NCBI RefSeq assembly: GCF_028679125.1
Contig: NZ_JAJRCG010000004.1
Location: 83,017-147,016 of the forward strand
DNA from: Methanoregula sp.
GTDB taxonomy: Archaea; Halobacteriota; Methanomicrobia; Methanomicrobiales; Methanospirillaceae
DNA: 64,000 nucleotides
Reading direction: 5' to 3'
Position numbers and translations under genes: made by a program. Positions 1 through 9,598 of the stretch are shown here, in pieces; the first letter of the stretch is position 1; every line of letters starts with the position of its first letter. The notes beneath the pieces were generated by a model. The model did no database searches and was not told the DNA's origin. It saw only the letters and a program-made list of their open reading frames with translations.

Positions 1-732
1 GCCGCCTGCGGTAGCAAGCCAGATAATTGCACAGGTAAATGCAATGCCGCCGAGCAGGTTCATCCAGAGGGCACTGAATGCATTATTGATGGCTTCGTCG
101 GTCTTCGTGTACCCGATGAGGAGGAACGAACAGAGGGTCGTTACCTCCCAGAAGAAGTACACCCAGAGGAGATTGTTGGAGAAGACCAGCCCGAACATGG
201 CGGCAAGGAAGATGAACAGGATGGCAAAGAACCGCGGTCGCCGGTCCGGCATCTCCGTGTGGTGCTCGTGGAAGAACTTCATGTACCCGAGCGAGTACAC
301 GCAGATGAGACTGCCGATGATACCGATGATCATGGCCATGATGAGCGAGAATTCATCGATGAACAGGTTCGACTCCACGTGCACACCGTGGGCATAGAAC
401 AGTTCAAAGAACAGTATCATCACGGTCTGGACCAGGATGAGTGCCACGGCAAGCCATTTCTTGTACGTGATGCCGAGATACAGGATGTATACGGCAATGA
501 GCATCTCAAGGACGAACATGAGGATGCCGGTCTGTTCGGCGGGAATGACCGAGACCAGCATGGCTCCCTTGTTATAGGTCGTGATGAGCAGGAACACACT
601 GACTGCACCGATGATCAGTGCGGACAGTTTGACAATCCAGTTGCGTTCGACATCCTTTTTGGCGATCAGCAAAAAGAATGCTGCGATGAGCGGAAACAGG
701 ATAAGAAATATCAACAGCTGAGTGAGTTGCAC
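1..732 (-). CDS. echA: Ech hydrogenase subunit A (NuoL/MrpA-like membrane subunit), 5' part, runs off the window edge
   Basis: Not in the ORF track. Manual translation from GTG at 732 (GGAGG upstream) gives MQLTQLLIFLILFPLIAAFFLL...FSNNLLWVYFFWEVTTLCSFLLIGY..., an antiporter-like subunit motif. The frame is open to position 1. Confidence 0.85.
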   Translation of the reverse strand, partial: MQLTQLLIFLILFPLIAAFFLLIAKKDVERNWIVKLSALIIGAVSVFLLITTYNKGAMLVSVIPAEQTGILMFVLEMLIAVYILYLGITYKKWLAVALILVQTVMILFFELFYAHGVHVESNLFIDEFSLIMAMIIGIIGSLICVYSLGYMKFFHEHHTEMPDRRPRFFAILFIFLAAMFGLVFSNNLLWVYFFWEVTTLCSFLLIGYTKTDEAINNAFSALWMNLLGGIAFTCAIIWLATAGG

Positions 733-1216
733 CAGATACCCTCCCGCTCTGAATATGGGAATTTTTCATTATTAATCATATTGGAATTGTTCACGATTCT
801 TCACCAACAGGTGATACCAGGAGACAGGTTTTTTTTCAGATACCGGAGAAACACCACCCAACCCTGCATGTTCCCGGGTAGATCGGGAAACTCATAAAAA
901 GGCAGGAAAATCAAAAAATAGTGCCCGTTCTGCCCGGATTTGCCTGTGGTGCAGTCGGCGTGTAATAGATAAAAGTTTAATGTTCCAAAAATGCACTAAT
1001 GATCTCTTAGGATGGGTTGTGTACGTGTGCCGGGGAATTTCCGGAAGCATAAAAGAGCCCTCCTTTGGGTCATTTGAGCAGGTCTCTGCTGATGCCAAAT
1101 CAACATACCTGATGTGTCGGTAAGAGTGTCCCGGACGGTTTCTTCCTCATTATGTGCATTATGGGGGAAGGATCCGAAGATCGAGGGGGTTCTTCCCACA
1201 GCAGGGAGGTCATGGA

Positions 1217-3277
1217 ATGATCGAACTAGCATTACTCGTTGTCATTGTGATATGTGTTATCGCACTGATTCTTGCTGCTATCCTGGCGCGTAATCTCCTC
1301 TCACAGGATGAGGGGACGCCCAAGATGCGCGAGGTCTCCGATGCGATCAAGGTGGGTGCGGAAGCATTCATCAAGCGCCAGTACTCGACTATCGCCATTA
1401 TTGCCATCATATTGGCCGTGGTGATCTTTGCCGTCTATTACTTCACCGGACAGCAGTCGCTTGCCATGTATACGGCATTTTCGTATATCATCGGTGCCGC
1501 ATGCAGTGCAGTTGCCGGCGTTGTCGCAATGTCCATTGCGGTCAGGACAAACATCCGCACGGCAGCTGCAGCCCAGACCAGCGACGGGAAGGCGCTCGAC
1601 TTCTCGTTCCGCGGCGGGGCCATCTCCGGCCTGATCATTACCTCAATGTCGCTCCTCGGTGTCTCCCTGACGTACATCGCGCTCGGGGCAAACCCGCAGA
1701 CCACCCCCTTCGTCATCCTCGGGTTCGGGTTCGGTGCCTCGTTTGTGGCACTCTTCGCCCAGCTCGGCGGCGGTATCTACACCAAGGCCGCTGACGTTGG
1801 CGCAGACCTTGTCGGAAAGGTCGAAGCCGGTATTCCCGAAGACGATGTCCGGAACCCGGCCACCATCGCCGATCTCGTCGGTGACAATGTCGGGGACTGT
1901 GCCGGCCGTGGTGCTGACCTCTTCGAGTCCACAGCTGCCGAGAACATCGGTGCCATGATCCTCGGTGTTGTGCTCTTCCCCATCTTCGGTGTCAACGGGG
2001 TTCTCTTCCCCATCGTCATGTGTGCGCTCGGTCTCCTGGCAAGCATGATCGGTATCCTCTCTGTCAAGGGCAAAGACGGTGCCGACCCGATGGACGCCAT
2101 GAACCGCGGGTACTACATCACTGCAGTCATTTCAGCCATCTTCCTCTACTTCGGGGTCCAGTGGCTCCTCGGTACAACACCCAACTGGATCTACTTCTTC
2201 TTTGCAGGTCTCGTTGGTATCGTCCTCTCGGTGCTCTTCCTCCGGGTTACGATGTATTACACCGACCACCACTACCGCCCGGTGCAGGAGATCGCTGACG
2301 CCTCTGAAACAGGAGCAGCCACCAACATCATCACCGGGTTCTCGGTCGGTCTCGAGACCACCGCAATTCCCGCGATTCTCATTGGCCTCTCCCTCCTGAT
2401 CTCCTACTGGTTCGGTACCATGAGCGGTGTCCCGGGCGGCGGCCTCTATGGAACTGCCGTTGCAACCGTGGGCATGCTGATGGTCTGTGCGTACGTCCTT
2501 GCCATGGACACCTTTGGCCCTATCGCCGACAATGCCGGCGGTATCGTCGAGATGAGCCAGGCACCCGAGGAAGTAAGGAAGCGCATGGACCGGCTCGATG
2601 CAGCCGGTAACACCACGAAGGCACTCACAAAGGGATATGCGATCGGCAGTGCCTCCCTTGCCGTGTTCCTGCTCTTCAACGCCTACATGGCCGACATCGC
2701 CAAGCTCACCGGCAAGGCATTCGAGGTCGTCAACCTGGCAAGCGTCCCGGTCTTCGTCGGGGCACTTCTCGGCGCAATGCTGGTCTTCGTCTTTGCGAGC
2801 CTCGCCATCCGTGCAGTCTCCAAGACCGCACAGTCCGTGATCGGTGCAGTCCGTACCCAGTTCAAGAACCCCGCCATCATGGCAGGCACCCAGAAACCAG
2901 ACTATGCAGCCGTCATCGATATCACGACCCAGGGTGCGCTCAAGAACATGGTCCTCCCGGGCATCCTCGTGATCGGGTTCCCAATCATCATCGGTGTCAC
3001 CATGAAATACGAGGCCCTCGCCGGCTTCCTCATGGTCGCGACCATCACCGGCATCCTCCTTGCACTCATCCTCAACAATGCAGGCGGTGCATGGGACAAT
3101 GCCAAGAAATACATCGAGTCCGGTGCACACGGCGGCAAGGGCAGCGAGGCCCACAAGGCAGCCGTTGTTGGCGACACGCTCGGCGACCCGTTCAAGGACA
3201 CCGCCGGCCCGTCACTCCACGTGCTCATCAAGCTCCTCGCGACCCTGACGCTCGTGCTCGCGCCGCTCTTCATCTAA
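1217..3277 (+). CDS. hppA: Membrane-bound proton-translocating pyrophosphatase, K+-independent type
   Basis: Motifs GGGIYTKAADVGADLVGKVE, DNVGDNVGD-like (DLVGDNVGD), GNTTKA and GDTLGDPFKDTAGP. ATG at 1217 follows GGGAGGT. Confidence 0.97.
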   Translation: MIELALLVVIVICVIALILAAILARNLLSQDEGTPKMREVSDAIKVGAEAFIKRQYSTIAIIAIILAVVIFAVYYFTGQQSLAMYTAFSYIIGAACSAVAGVVAMSIAVRTNIRTAAAAQTSDGKALDFSFRGGAISGLIITSMSLLGVSLTYIALGANPQTTPFVILGFGFGASFVALFAQLGGGIYTKAADVGADLVGKVEAGIPEDDVRNPATIADLVGDNVGDCAGRGADLFESTAAENIGAMILGVVLFPIFGVNGVLFPIVMCALGLLASMIGILSVKGKDGADPMDAMNRGYYITAVISAIFLYFGVQWLLGTTPNWIYFFFAGLVGIVLSVLFLRVTMYYTDHHYRPVQEIADASETGAATNIITGFSVGLETTAIPAILIGLSLLISYWFGTMSGVPGGGLYGTAVATVGMLMVCAYVLAMDTFGPIADNAGGIVEMSQAPEEVRKRMDRLDAAGNTTKALTKGYAIGSASLAVFLLFNAYMADIAKLTGKAFEVVNLASVPVFVGALLGAMLVFVFASLAIRAVSKTAQSVIGAVRTQFKNPAIMAGTQKPDYAAVIDITTQGALKNMVLPGILVIGFPIIIGVTMKYEALAGFLMVATITGILLALILNNAGGAWDNAKKYIESGAHGGKGSEAHKAAVVGDTLGDPFKDTAGPSLHVLIKLLATLTLVLAPLFI

Positions 3278-3282
3278 CACCA

Positions 3283-3289
3283 TTTTTTT
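3283..3289 (+). terminator. Oligo-T archaeal terminator candidate after hppA
   Basis: T7 run 6 nt after the hppA stop codon. Confidence 0.45.
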
Positions 3290-3353
3290 ATTTCCTGTTA
3301 TCATCCTCCCGAATCGTAAGGTCTTTTAATTTTCGGGCTTGAAGGTAGTACAG

Positions 3354-4178
3354 ATGAGACGACCCTCTCTCCCGGGCTTCATTGCACTGATCCTTCTCGG
3401 ACTGCTGCTCACCACTGCCGGGTGTATCTCTGGCAGTCCAAAGGCCCCTGCCCCCTATTCGGCAGATCCGGCAGCCGTATCCTTGCAGGAGACCCTGGTG
3501 GTCGGTATCGACAGTGATTATCCGCCGTTCAGTTACCTCAACTCCAGCGGCAGCCCAACGGGGTTCGATGTCGATTCCATGCAGTGGATTGCGCAGAAGA
3601 AGGGACTGAAGGTGAAGTTCCAGCCAACTGCATGGGACAGTATCATCATCTCGCTCCTGACAGGAAAGATCGACCTGGTCTACTCGGGGATGTCGATTAC
3701 CCCCGAGCGGGCCGGAATGATCAACTTCAGCACACCGTACTGGGAAGTGAACCAGGACGTAGTAGCGCGAAACGACTCAGCGCTGACCCTCAAGGATGTA
3801 ACGTCCGGAACGGCAATCATCGGCACCCAGAGCGGCTCCACCGCGGCAGTCTGGGTTGATACGAACCTGGTCTCAACCGGCAGGATGTCGCCCGACCGGT
3901 TGGTACTCTATAACAACACCCCGCTCGCTCTTGACGATCTCGCTGCCGGCAGGGTGGACGCCGTGATGTACGACGACTATATTCTCAAAACGATGATTGG
4001 CGAAAAACCGCTCAAAACCCTGGGTACTATCGGGACAAAAGAAGGGTACGGTATTGCGGTCAGGAAATCCGATCCTGAACTCCTTGCCACCCTCAATGAT
4101 GGTCTCACCCAGCTGAAGGCCGATCCCTACTGGCAGGAACTTATTATCAGATACAAGATGAAGCAGAATTCCCCGTAG
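3354..4178 (+). CDS. Polar amino-acid ABC transporter substrate-binding protein (family 3)
   Basis: Hydrophobic N-terminus with Cys; VGIDSDYPPFSY, GFDVD, WDSIIISLLTGKIDLV and GYGIAVRK motifs. Confidence 0.92.
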   Translation: MRRPSLPGFIALILLGLLLTTAGCISGSPKAPAPYSADPAAVSLQETLVVGIDSDYPPFSYLNSSGSPTGFDVDSMQWIAQKKGLKVKFQPTAWDSIIISLLTGKIDLVYSGMSITPERAGMINFSTPYWEVNQDVVARNDSALTLKDVTSGTAIIGTQSGSTAAVWVDTNLVSTGRMSPDRLVLYNNTPLALDDLAAGRVDAVMYDDYILKTMIGEKPLKTLGTIGTKEGYGIAVRKSDPELLATLNDGLTQLKADPYWQELIIRYKMKQNSP

Positions 4179-4330
4179 TTCCACGTGCCCATCGCGATCC
4201 TTATCCTGACGCTCGTACCCGCACTGCTCTTCGTCTCATCTTGTTATTTCCGGTTTTACATCCGGATTTCTTTGAGATCGGGTATTGCCGTCCCGGACAG
4301 CCATTTATCGTTCAACACCGGATACTATGC

Positions 4331-5143
4331 ATGGATCCGCAGGAACATATCCTCATCCTCAGCGCGGGTGACCGTATCCACAAAACCTATTCTGCGGTTC
4401 TTGCGGATCTCCGGACCGTCACGCATACGTTCGTCTTTGCGGAAAAAGAGGTCTACACCGCCTCGGCCCGGGACGATACCCAGAAACGGATGTGGAAGTG
4501 CGCCATCCGTAATGCGATTGAAGAGGTAAATGCCATCTCCCTCTCACGGAATATTGCCTGTGCACTGGTCTGTATTGATGCAGCAACATTCGATGCGATC
4601 CGCGACCCGGTACTCGGGATATTCAGCGGGCATCCTGATGCCCGGTTCTCGTTCGATATCTCCGCAGGCTCCAAACGCCTTTCTATGGGCCTCTTCTCGA
4701 TGTCGCTCTGGGTTGACGGGGACGCGTATTATGCATTCGGAAATGCCCCGACGCGGAGAGTGCCGGTCCCGACACTTCCCGCAAGGAACCTCCCTGCCAA
4801 CCCGCACTATCTCGTGATCCTCACCATCCTCTTCCGCGGGCAGGATCCAAAACGTGAGGAACGGGCGCTGGTGCCAAAAGAGACCCTGTTCAACCAGACC
4901 AGAGCCTGGCAGATCCCGGTTCGCGATGCGGACGGTGAAACCAGGGGGCTGGATCTCTCGCCGGCAGACTTTTCCCGCATGGTAGCGGCGCTGGCTGGCT
5001 GGAATCTTATTACCGAAGAGACCTCTCCGGACCATGGAGAAGAGACGCTGTACAGCATCAGCCCTGAGGGCGAACTGGCATTGTTCGTGTATTCAGCCCG
5101 CATGAAGAAACGGGGTGTCGCAGGCACATCCGGCCTCACATGA
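4331..5143 (+). CDS. CARF-like (Rossmann) domain plus C-terminal winged HTH; putative transcription regulator
   Basis: N-terminal strand HILILSAG, CARF-type motif FDISAGSKRLS, and C-terminal wHTH wing (WNLITEE...LYSISPEGE). Start at ATG 4331 chosen by eye. Confidence 0.7.
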   Translation: MDPQEHILILSAGDRIHKTYSAVLADLRTVTHTFVFAEKEVYTASARDDTQKRMWKCAIRNAIEEVNAISLSRNIACALVCIDAATFDAIRDPVLGIFSGHPDARFSFDISAGSKRLSMGLFSMSLWVDGDAYYAFGNAPTRRVPVPTLPARNLPANPHYLVILTILFRGQDPKREERALVPKETLFNQTRAWQIPVRDADGETRGLDLSPADFSRMVAALAGWNLITEETSPDHGEETLYSISPEGELALFVYSARMKKRGVAGTSGLT

Positions 5144-5190
5144 TCCCCGTACTTACGCTCCGACTGGGTCCGGTTGAACAATAAAAATCA

Positions 5191-5392
5191 AACCCTGATG
5201 AAAAATTTTCAAACAGACCTTGACTGAAATTGTTAGTTCTCTGCAATTGATCATTTCGTATGGAGATACACCCCGAGGCTATGCCCCCGCCGGTGTGGCG
5301 CCCCCGGTTGAGATGGTGCTGCATTATCTGTTTCTGGTGCCATCGCCCATGCGCCCCATCCCCCTTGGAGGATTGGTGGCGCAAGAGGGGGG
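5191..5392 (+). repeat. Dispersed structured repeat, copy E (left AT-rich segment plus hairpin core)
   Basis: AACCCTGATGAAA...CAGACCTTGA left segment is shared with 50365-50406. Core is CCCCCGGTTGAGATG...CATCGC..GCGCC-hairpin-GGCGCAAGAGGGGGG. Confidence 0.85.
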
Positions 5393-5416
5393 TCTCCCGC
5401 GAATTTTTTTGAACGG

Positions 5417-5706
5417 GTGGGGGGGTCTGCACGATTTGAAACGCAAAGGGGAGGGGGGGTATGCCGGACACCCCCCTCCCCAAAAATGGGATGTACGCAT
5501 TATTGCACACGTTTTTTTGAGGGGTATTTTGCAGGTCTCCGACGGATCAGGTCATTTTCCGGCTACCCGAAAATGATCATGGGGGGGTATGATCCAGCCA
5601 AAGGGGGGGAGGGGTATGCCGGATACCCCCCCACCCCCAGGCAGGGGGGTCTGATCGTTTTGAAAACCGGAAGGTGGGGGGGTATCAGGCAGACCCCCCC
5701 CATCCC
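5417..5706. repeat. Three imperfect tandem G/C-rich hairpin units (G-run GTATGCCGGA[C/T]A C-run)
   Basis: GGGGAGGGGGGGTATGCCGGACACCCCCCTCCCC (5448-5481), GGGGTATGCCGGATACCCC (5611-5629) and GTGGGGGGGGTATCAGGCAGACCCCCCCCA (~5673-5702). Confidence 0.75.
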
Positions 5707-5728
5707 GCGGGCACAGAGCCGGCCGGTT

Positions 5729-6160
5729 TTACGCGTTCTGCCCGGTAAGGGAACCCATGACCTGTTCCATGGTCACCGGCAGGGTTTTGGAAAACGGAAC
5801 CGACCAGGAAAAAAAGATACAATCGATGACGGCCGTCCCCGTGATCGTGACCTTCACGCTCCCCCGGGTCACGAAGGCAGCGAGCGCCCCGATGAGAATT
5901 GCATTGTCCGAACTGACCGGGACGTGAACAAGGGTACTGTCCCGGGCAGGTATCTTCACCCGGCCGGTTTTTCCGGAAGCGATCTGACGGGATCGCTCCG
6001 CGTCCCGGCACAGCACCTTAAACGGCAGGTCGCGCAGGGTCACGCCAAGGGGATTGGGATTCTGCACCCGGATTGCCACATCGAGTTCAAGGGACGAGAT
6101 TGACAGGGAACAGAGCCGCACGTCTTCAAGGCTGACTTCCGGTTCGTGCAGGAGAGGCAT
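5729..6160 (-). CDS. LEA type 2 (WHy) family protein
   Basis: EPEVSLEDVRL...ELDVAIRVQNPNPLGVTL is the LEA_2 signature. Confidence 0.85.
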   Translation of the reverse strand: MPLLHEPEVSLEDVRLCSLSISSLELDVAIRVQNPNPLGVTLRDLPFKVLCRDAERSRQIASGKTGRVKIPARDSTLVHVPVSSDNAILIGALAAFVTRGSVKVTITGTAVIDCIFFSWSVPFSKTLPVTMEQVMGSLTGQNA

Positions 6161-6208
6161 TGTAAGAACATTTCACGAACCGGTTGAAAATCCTGCTTAT
6201 CAGTTCTG

Positions 6209-6508
6209 TTATTTCCGGCTCCGGAGCTCTTTTTCAGCTGCTGCAAGCCCCGCTGCAGCCTGCTCGTCCGTCATCTCCGGATTCTTGAACCGGGTGAACC
6301 GATCGCAGACAAGCTCGGGACATTTCCCGCAGTGGGGGAGTTTCTTCATGGTCGTGCAGCATTCGTAAATCGGGCACTGGTCGATATTCACAAATGCTGT
6401 CCAGAATGGTTTCCCCGTTACCTTTTCACAGCCAGGGCAGTCCTTCTTATGGTGGTCGCAGTCGCTGCACGAGAACCCGCATACGGTCTCAATCTTTTTC
6501 TTTGCCAT
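6209..6508 (-). CDS. Small Cys-rich protein (DUF3795-like)
   Basis: VCGFSCSDC..CPGC..CPIYECC..CGKC..C pattern. The upstream part of the 6209..6913 ORF looks non-coding. Confidence 0.8.
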   Translation of the reverse strand: MAKKKIETVCGFSCSDCDHHKKDCPGCEKVTGKPFWTAFVNIDQCPIYECCTTMKKLPHCGKCPELVCDRFTRFKNPEMTDEQAAAGLAAAEKELRSRK

Positions 6509-6854
6509 AGTCAAAGGTTTCCTGCCCTTAGGGATAAAGAGAGGGGACGGGCACCGCGAAAGTGAACGTTTTGTCCCCCGTTCTTCTCTCTCATCCCTCG
6601 TCATGGCACGTGCCAGTACTGAGAATGCAGGTTCTTCCCCGGTCTTTCCCTCACTATCATCTCCTGTTGTTCTCTGCCAGGGGAATAGTGAACACCTGCC
6701 CTCATGTGATTCTGGAACCTGCAGAGCACTCCCGGCCTCTTCAAAGGCAGGTTGGAAAAAACAGCCGTGTTTTTTTCCAACTTCCCGCTCATTATATACC
6801 TCCGGGATCAACCACGTGATCAGGCCCGGAACCGCCGGGCAGGATGGAGTAACC

Positions 6855-6998
6855 ATGAGCGAACAACCGTTCCACCAGAGATTCAGCAAAAGAGAGAAAT
6901 CTTCCCGGCACAATCCCGGAAACGATAACGGGAACCTGTCCCTGTCCGCATTATGGGAACTCTATCATGCTGATCCGTCATCGCACTACCGGCCTTGA
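6855..6998 (+). CDS. Possible 47-aa hypothetical protein
   Basis: ATG preceded by GGAG, with TTATATA ~60 nt upstream; no recognisable motif. Confidence 0.3.
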   Translation: MSEQPFHQRFSKREKSSRHNPGNDNGNLSLSALWELYHADPSSHYRP

Positions 6999-7191
6999 CG
7001 GATCGCCTCCTCAGTTATGCGAATGAAACCATCATACATCATCAGAACGATCAGCAGGAAACCGGCCGAACGACCGGGGCGGGAATTACCCCCTCCCCGC
7101 CGCCCCTCTTTTCAGTCTACGCGATAACCGCCTGGCTGGTGTGTTACCAACCACAAAGCACTCAATCCCCCCGCCCAAAATTTTTCCTGCA

Positions 7192-7938
7192 ATGACTCTG
7201 GATCCATTCTTTTACCAGATATTCGAGTCTCTCCCCCGGCAGGGACCGGGATGTCCTGAAGCGACAAGGAACGTATGGTCTTGTCTTCCCCCGCTCCCCA
7301 ACCATGCAAACATCCTCGATGTCGGATGCGGCTCCGGCACCCAGACCCGCGACCTTGCGGCCCTGACAAGCGGCACCATCACCGCTGTGGACAACCACCA
7401 GCCATTCCTTGACCGCATCACCGCATGGGCAACGGCAAACCATCTGGGCGGGCGCATCAGGACACGGGCGGCATCCATGGACGCCCTGCCGTTCGAGCCG
7501 GGACAGTTCGATCTCATCTGGTCCGAAGGTGCAATTTTCATCATGGGTTTTGAGGAGGGACTCCGGGCCTGGAAACCGTTCGTGAAGAAAGGCGGGTATA
7601 TGGTAGTCTCCGATGCCGCCTGGTTTGAACCAAATCCTCCCGCAGAATTGATGCGGTGGTGGGAGAAGGAGGGGTACATTCCCAAAACAGAGGATGCATT
7701 AAGAGAGCAGGTAAAGAACACCGGGCTCCGTCTCATTGCCACGTACCGGCTTCCTGAGGCCGGGTGGTGGGAGAACTACTATGTCCCGATGCTTGCCCGG
7801 GTTGCCGAGCTCAGAAAGACCCACGGGACCGATCCTGCATGTGCTGCCGTTCTCGATCCCCTCCAGGAAGAGATTGAGATGTACCGGCAGTACAAACGGT
7901 ATTACGGGTACACATTCTTCGTGATGCAGAACGAGTAA
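7192..7938 (+). CDS. Class I SAM-dependent methyltransferase
   Basis: ILDVGCGSG motif I; FDLIWSEGAI. Confidence 0.92.
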   Translation: MTLDPFFYQIFESLPRQGPGCPEATRNVWSCLPPLPNHANILDVGCGSGTQTRDLAALTSGTITAVDNHQPFLDRITAWATANHLGGRIRTRAASMDALPFEPGQFDLIWSEGAIFIMGFEEGLRAWKPFVKKGGYMVVSDAAWFEPNPPAELMRWWEKEGYIPKTEDALREQVKNTGLRLIATYRLPEAGWWENYYVPMLARVAELRKTHGTDPACAAVLDPLQEEIEMYRQYKRYYGYTFFVMQNE

Positions 7939-7958
7939 CACTTGGGAGGCAGTTCCTG

Positions 7959-8687
7959 ATGTCCAAGGAAATTGACAAACAGATCCGGTCTCTTGCCGGT
8001 TCACTTGACGCTGATTACTATGGTGTGGCGGATCTCACCCCGGCCCGCGACTTCATTCATGCGCAGGGAGGGGATCGGGCAGCGAGGTATCCGCGGGGAG
8101 TTGTGCTGGGGATACGGTTGCAGGACAGCGTTGTGGATCTCCTGCCGGAGAAAGACAACGAGGGAGCAATCCTGTACCGTCACACTACGTACGATGTTGT
8201 CAACATCGCCCTCGATCAGGCAGCGCTCCGGATCGCAAATGTTCTCCAGCGCGAAGGCTACGGGGCATTTCCCGTCCCCGCGTCGAAGCGGACGAGCAAC
8301 GAGCACATCTGCGGGATCTTCTCCCAGAAACTCGCGGCACACATGGCCGGGCTTGGCTGGATCGGGAAGAGCTGCCTGCTCGTGACTCCGGATCATGGTC
8401 CGAGAGTCCGGTGGGTCACGGTCCTGACCGATGCGCCGCTCCAGCCGACCGGGTCCCCGATGGAATCGCGGTGCGGGGAATGCACGGCATGTGTCGATAT
8501 CTGCCCGGTGCATGCATTTACCGGCAAACCGTTCTCGCCCGGAGAGCCCCGCGAGGCCCGGTTCGATGCTGCGGCCTGCGACCGCTATTTTAAGGAGCGT
8601 GAGAAGAATGACGGTGTCGCAACCTGCGGGCTGTGCGTGTGGGTCTGCCCGCACGGGAGAAAGAAGGGGAAGAGAGCGGAAAAATAA
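7959..8687 (+). CDS. QueG/reductive-dehalogenase-like protein with 2x[4Fe-4S] domain
   Basis: AGLGWIGKSCLLVTPDHGPRVRW, CGECTACVDICP and CGLCVWVCP. Confidence 0.85.
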   Translation: MSKEIDKQIRSLAGSLDADYYGVADLTPARDFIHAQGGDRAARYPRGVVLGIRLQDSVVDLLPEKDNEGAILYRHTTYDVVNIALDQAALRIANVLQREGYGAFPVPASKRTSNEHICGIFSQKLAAHMAGLGWIGKSCLLVTPDHGPRVRWVTVLTDAPLQPTGSPMESRCGECTACVDICPVHAFTGKPFSPGEPREARFDAAACDRYFKEREKNDGVATCGLCVWVCPHGRKKGKRAEK

Positions 8688-8893
8688 CCTGCCTGGAAAT
8701 GGGGGAATCCCTCTCTTTTAATGCTCCAGGGGGCTTCACTGGCGCTTCACCTTCCGCGATAGAAGAACGCTCGCGGGTTCCTCTCATCCCAGAGCCCTCT
8801 CCCTGATTCAATCAGTTCACATCACCGATGAGACCGGGCTCCCTTCGTTCCCCATCCGTTATGTAATAAATTCACCGATACATAGGAATTATT

Positions 8894-9598
8894 CTACTCA
8901 ATGTGATTGTGTAACCAGTGAGTAAAAAATTTTAATTGTTCATCGGTATGAAAGTAATGTTCTCCGGTTTCCAGAATCTCTAATGTACAATGAAATTTTT
9001 CTGCAAAATGGCTGATTGTATCAAATTCACACAAATTATCGTTAGCTCCGTATAAAATATTCGTATCAACTTCCCATGTATCAACAGGGTGTTCTTTCAC
9101 ATAACAGAAATAATCCCAATATAACTTTTGACCAACAGGGGTAGATATCGTTCTTTCTTCCTGTAAACGCTCAGGTGTTACATCAAACCACACCATCATA
9201 TTGCTTATAATCCGGTCCATGTCAACCACCGGTGACAAGAAAAGGGCTTTTTTCAATTCAAGATTGTGATAGGCTAAAAGGCTGAAATATGCTCCCATAC
9301 TGCATGCAAACAGGCTCAGCTCTTTCCACTGAGTTCTTGCATATTCCAAAATTTCCATCAGATTACTAACGCAAATTTGCACCTTACAAGGTGTCTTCTC
9401 CTCTTTTCTTTCGCCATGTTCTGGCAAATCAAAGCTCAGGACCTGATACCCTTTTTGAATTGCCTCATGAGCGAGAAGTTGAATAACTGCATCTTCCTTA
9501 TGGGATAAATTCCCATGTACTGCAATTACAAGTTTTTCACTCTCTTTTCCCCATAACGTCGCAGGGATATTTCCAATCTTAAAATTATATTTAATCAT
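8894..9598 (-). CDS. Alpha/beta hydrolase, AT-rich (likely horizontally acquired)
   Basis: VHGN oxyanion region, nucleophile elbow ACSMG, C-terminal GEHYFH; visibly lower GC than the flanks. Confidence 0.85.
   Translation of the reverse strand: MIKYNFKIGNIPATLWGKESEKLVIAVHGNLSHKEDAVIQLLAHEAIQKGYQVLSFDLPEHGERKEEKTPCKVQICVSNLMEILEYARTQWKELSLFACSMGAYFSLLAYHNLELKKALFLSPVVDMDRIISNMMVWFDVTPERLQEERTISTPVGQKLYWDYFCYVKEHPVDTWEVDTNILYGANDNLCEFDTISHFAEKFHCTLEILETGEHYFHTDEQLKFFTHWLHNHIE

Noticed and set aside
44-897. Plus-strand ORFs 44..397 and 259..897
   Set aside because: Antisense shadows of echA, which translates cleanly on the minus strand with family motifs
5136-5720. ORFs 5136..5510, 5220..5576 and the 5' part of 5417..6103
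   Set aside because: They overlap repeat E and the G/C hairpin array, giving low-complexity Gly/Pro translations
6520-6850. N-terminal extension of ORF 6209..6913 and overlapping short ORFs
   Set aside because: No motif; the Cys-rich domain starts at MAKKK (6508), and the region contains a TATA-like box, so it is likely intergenic
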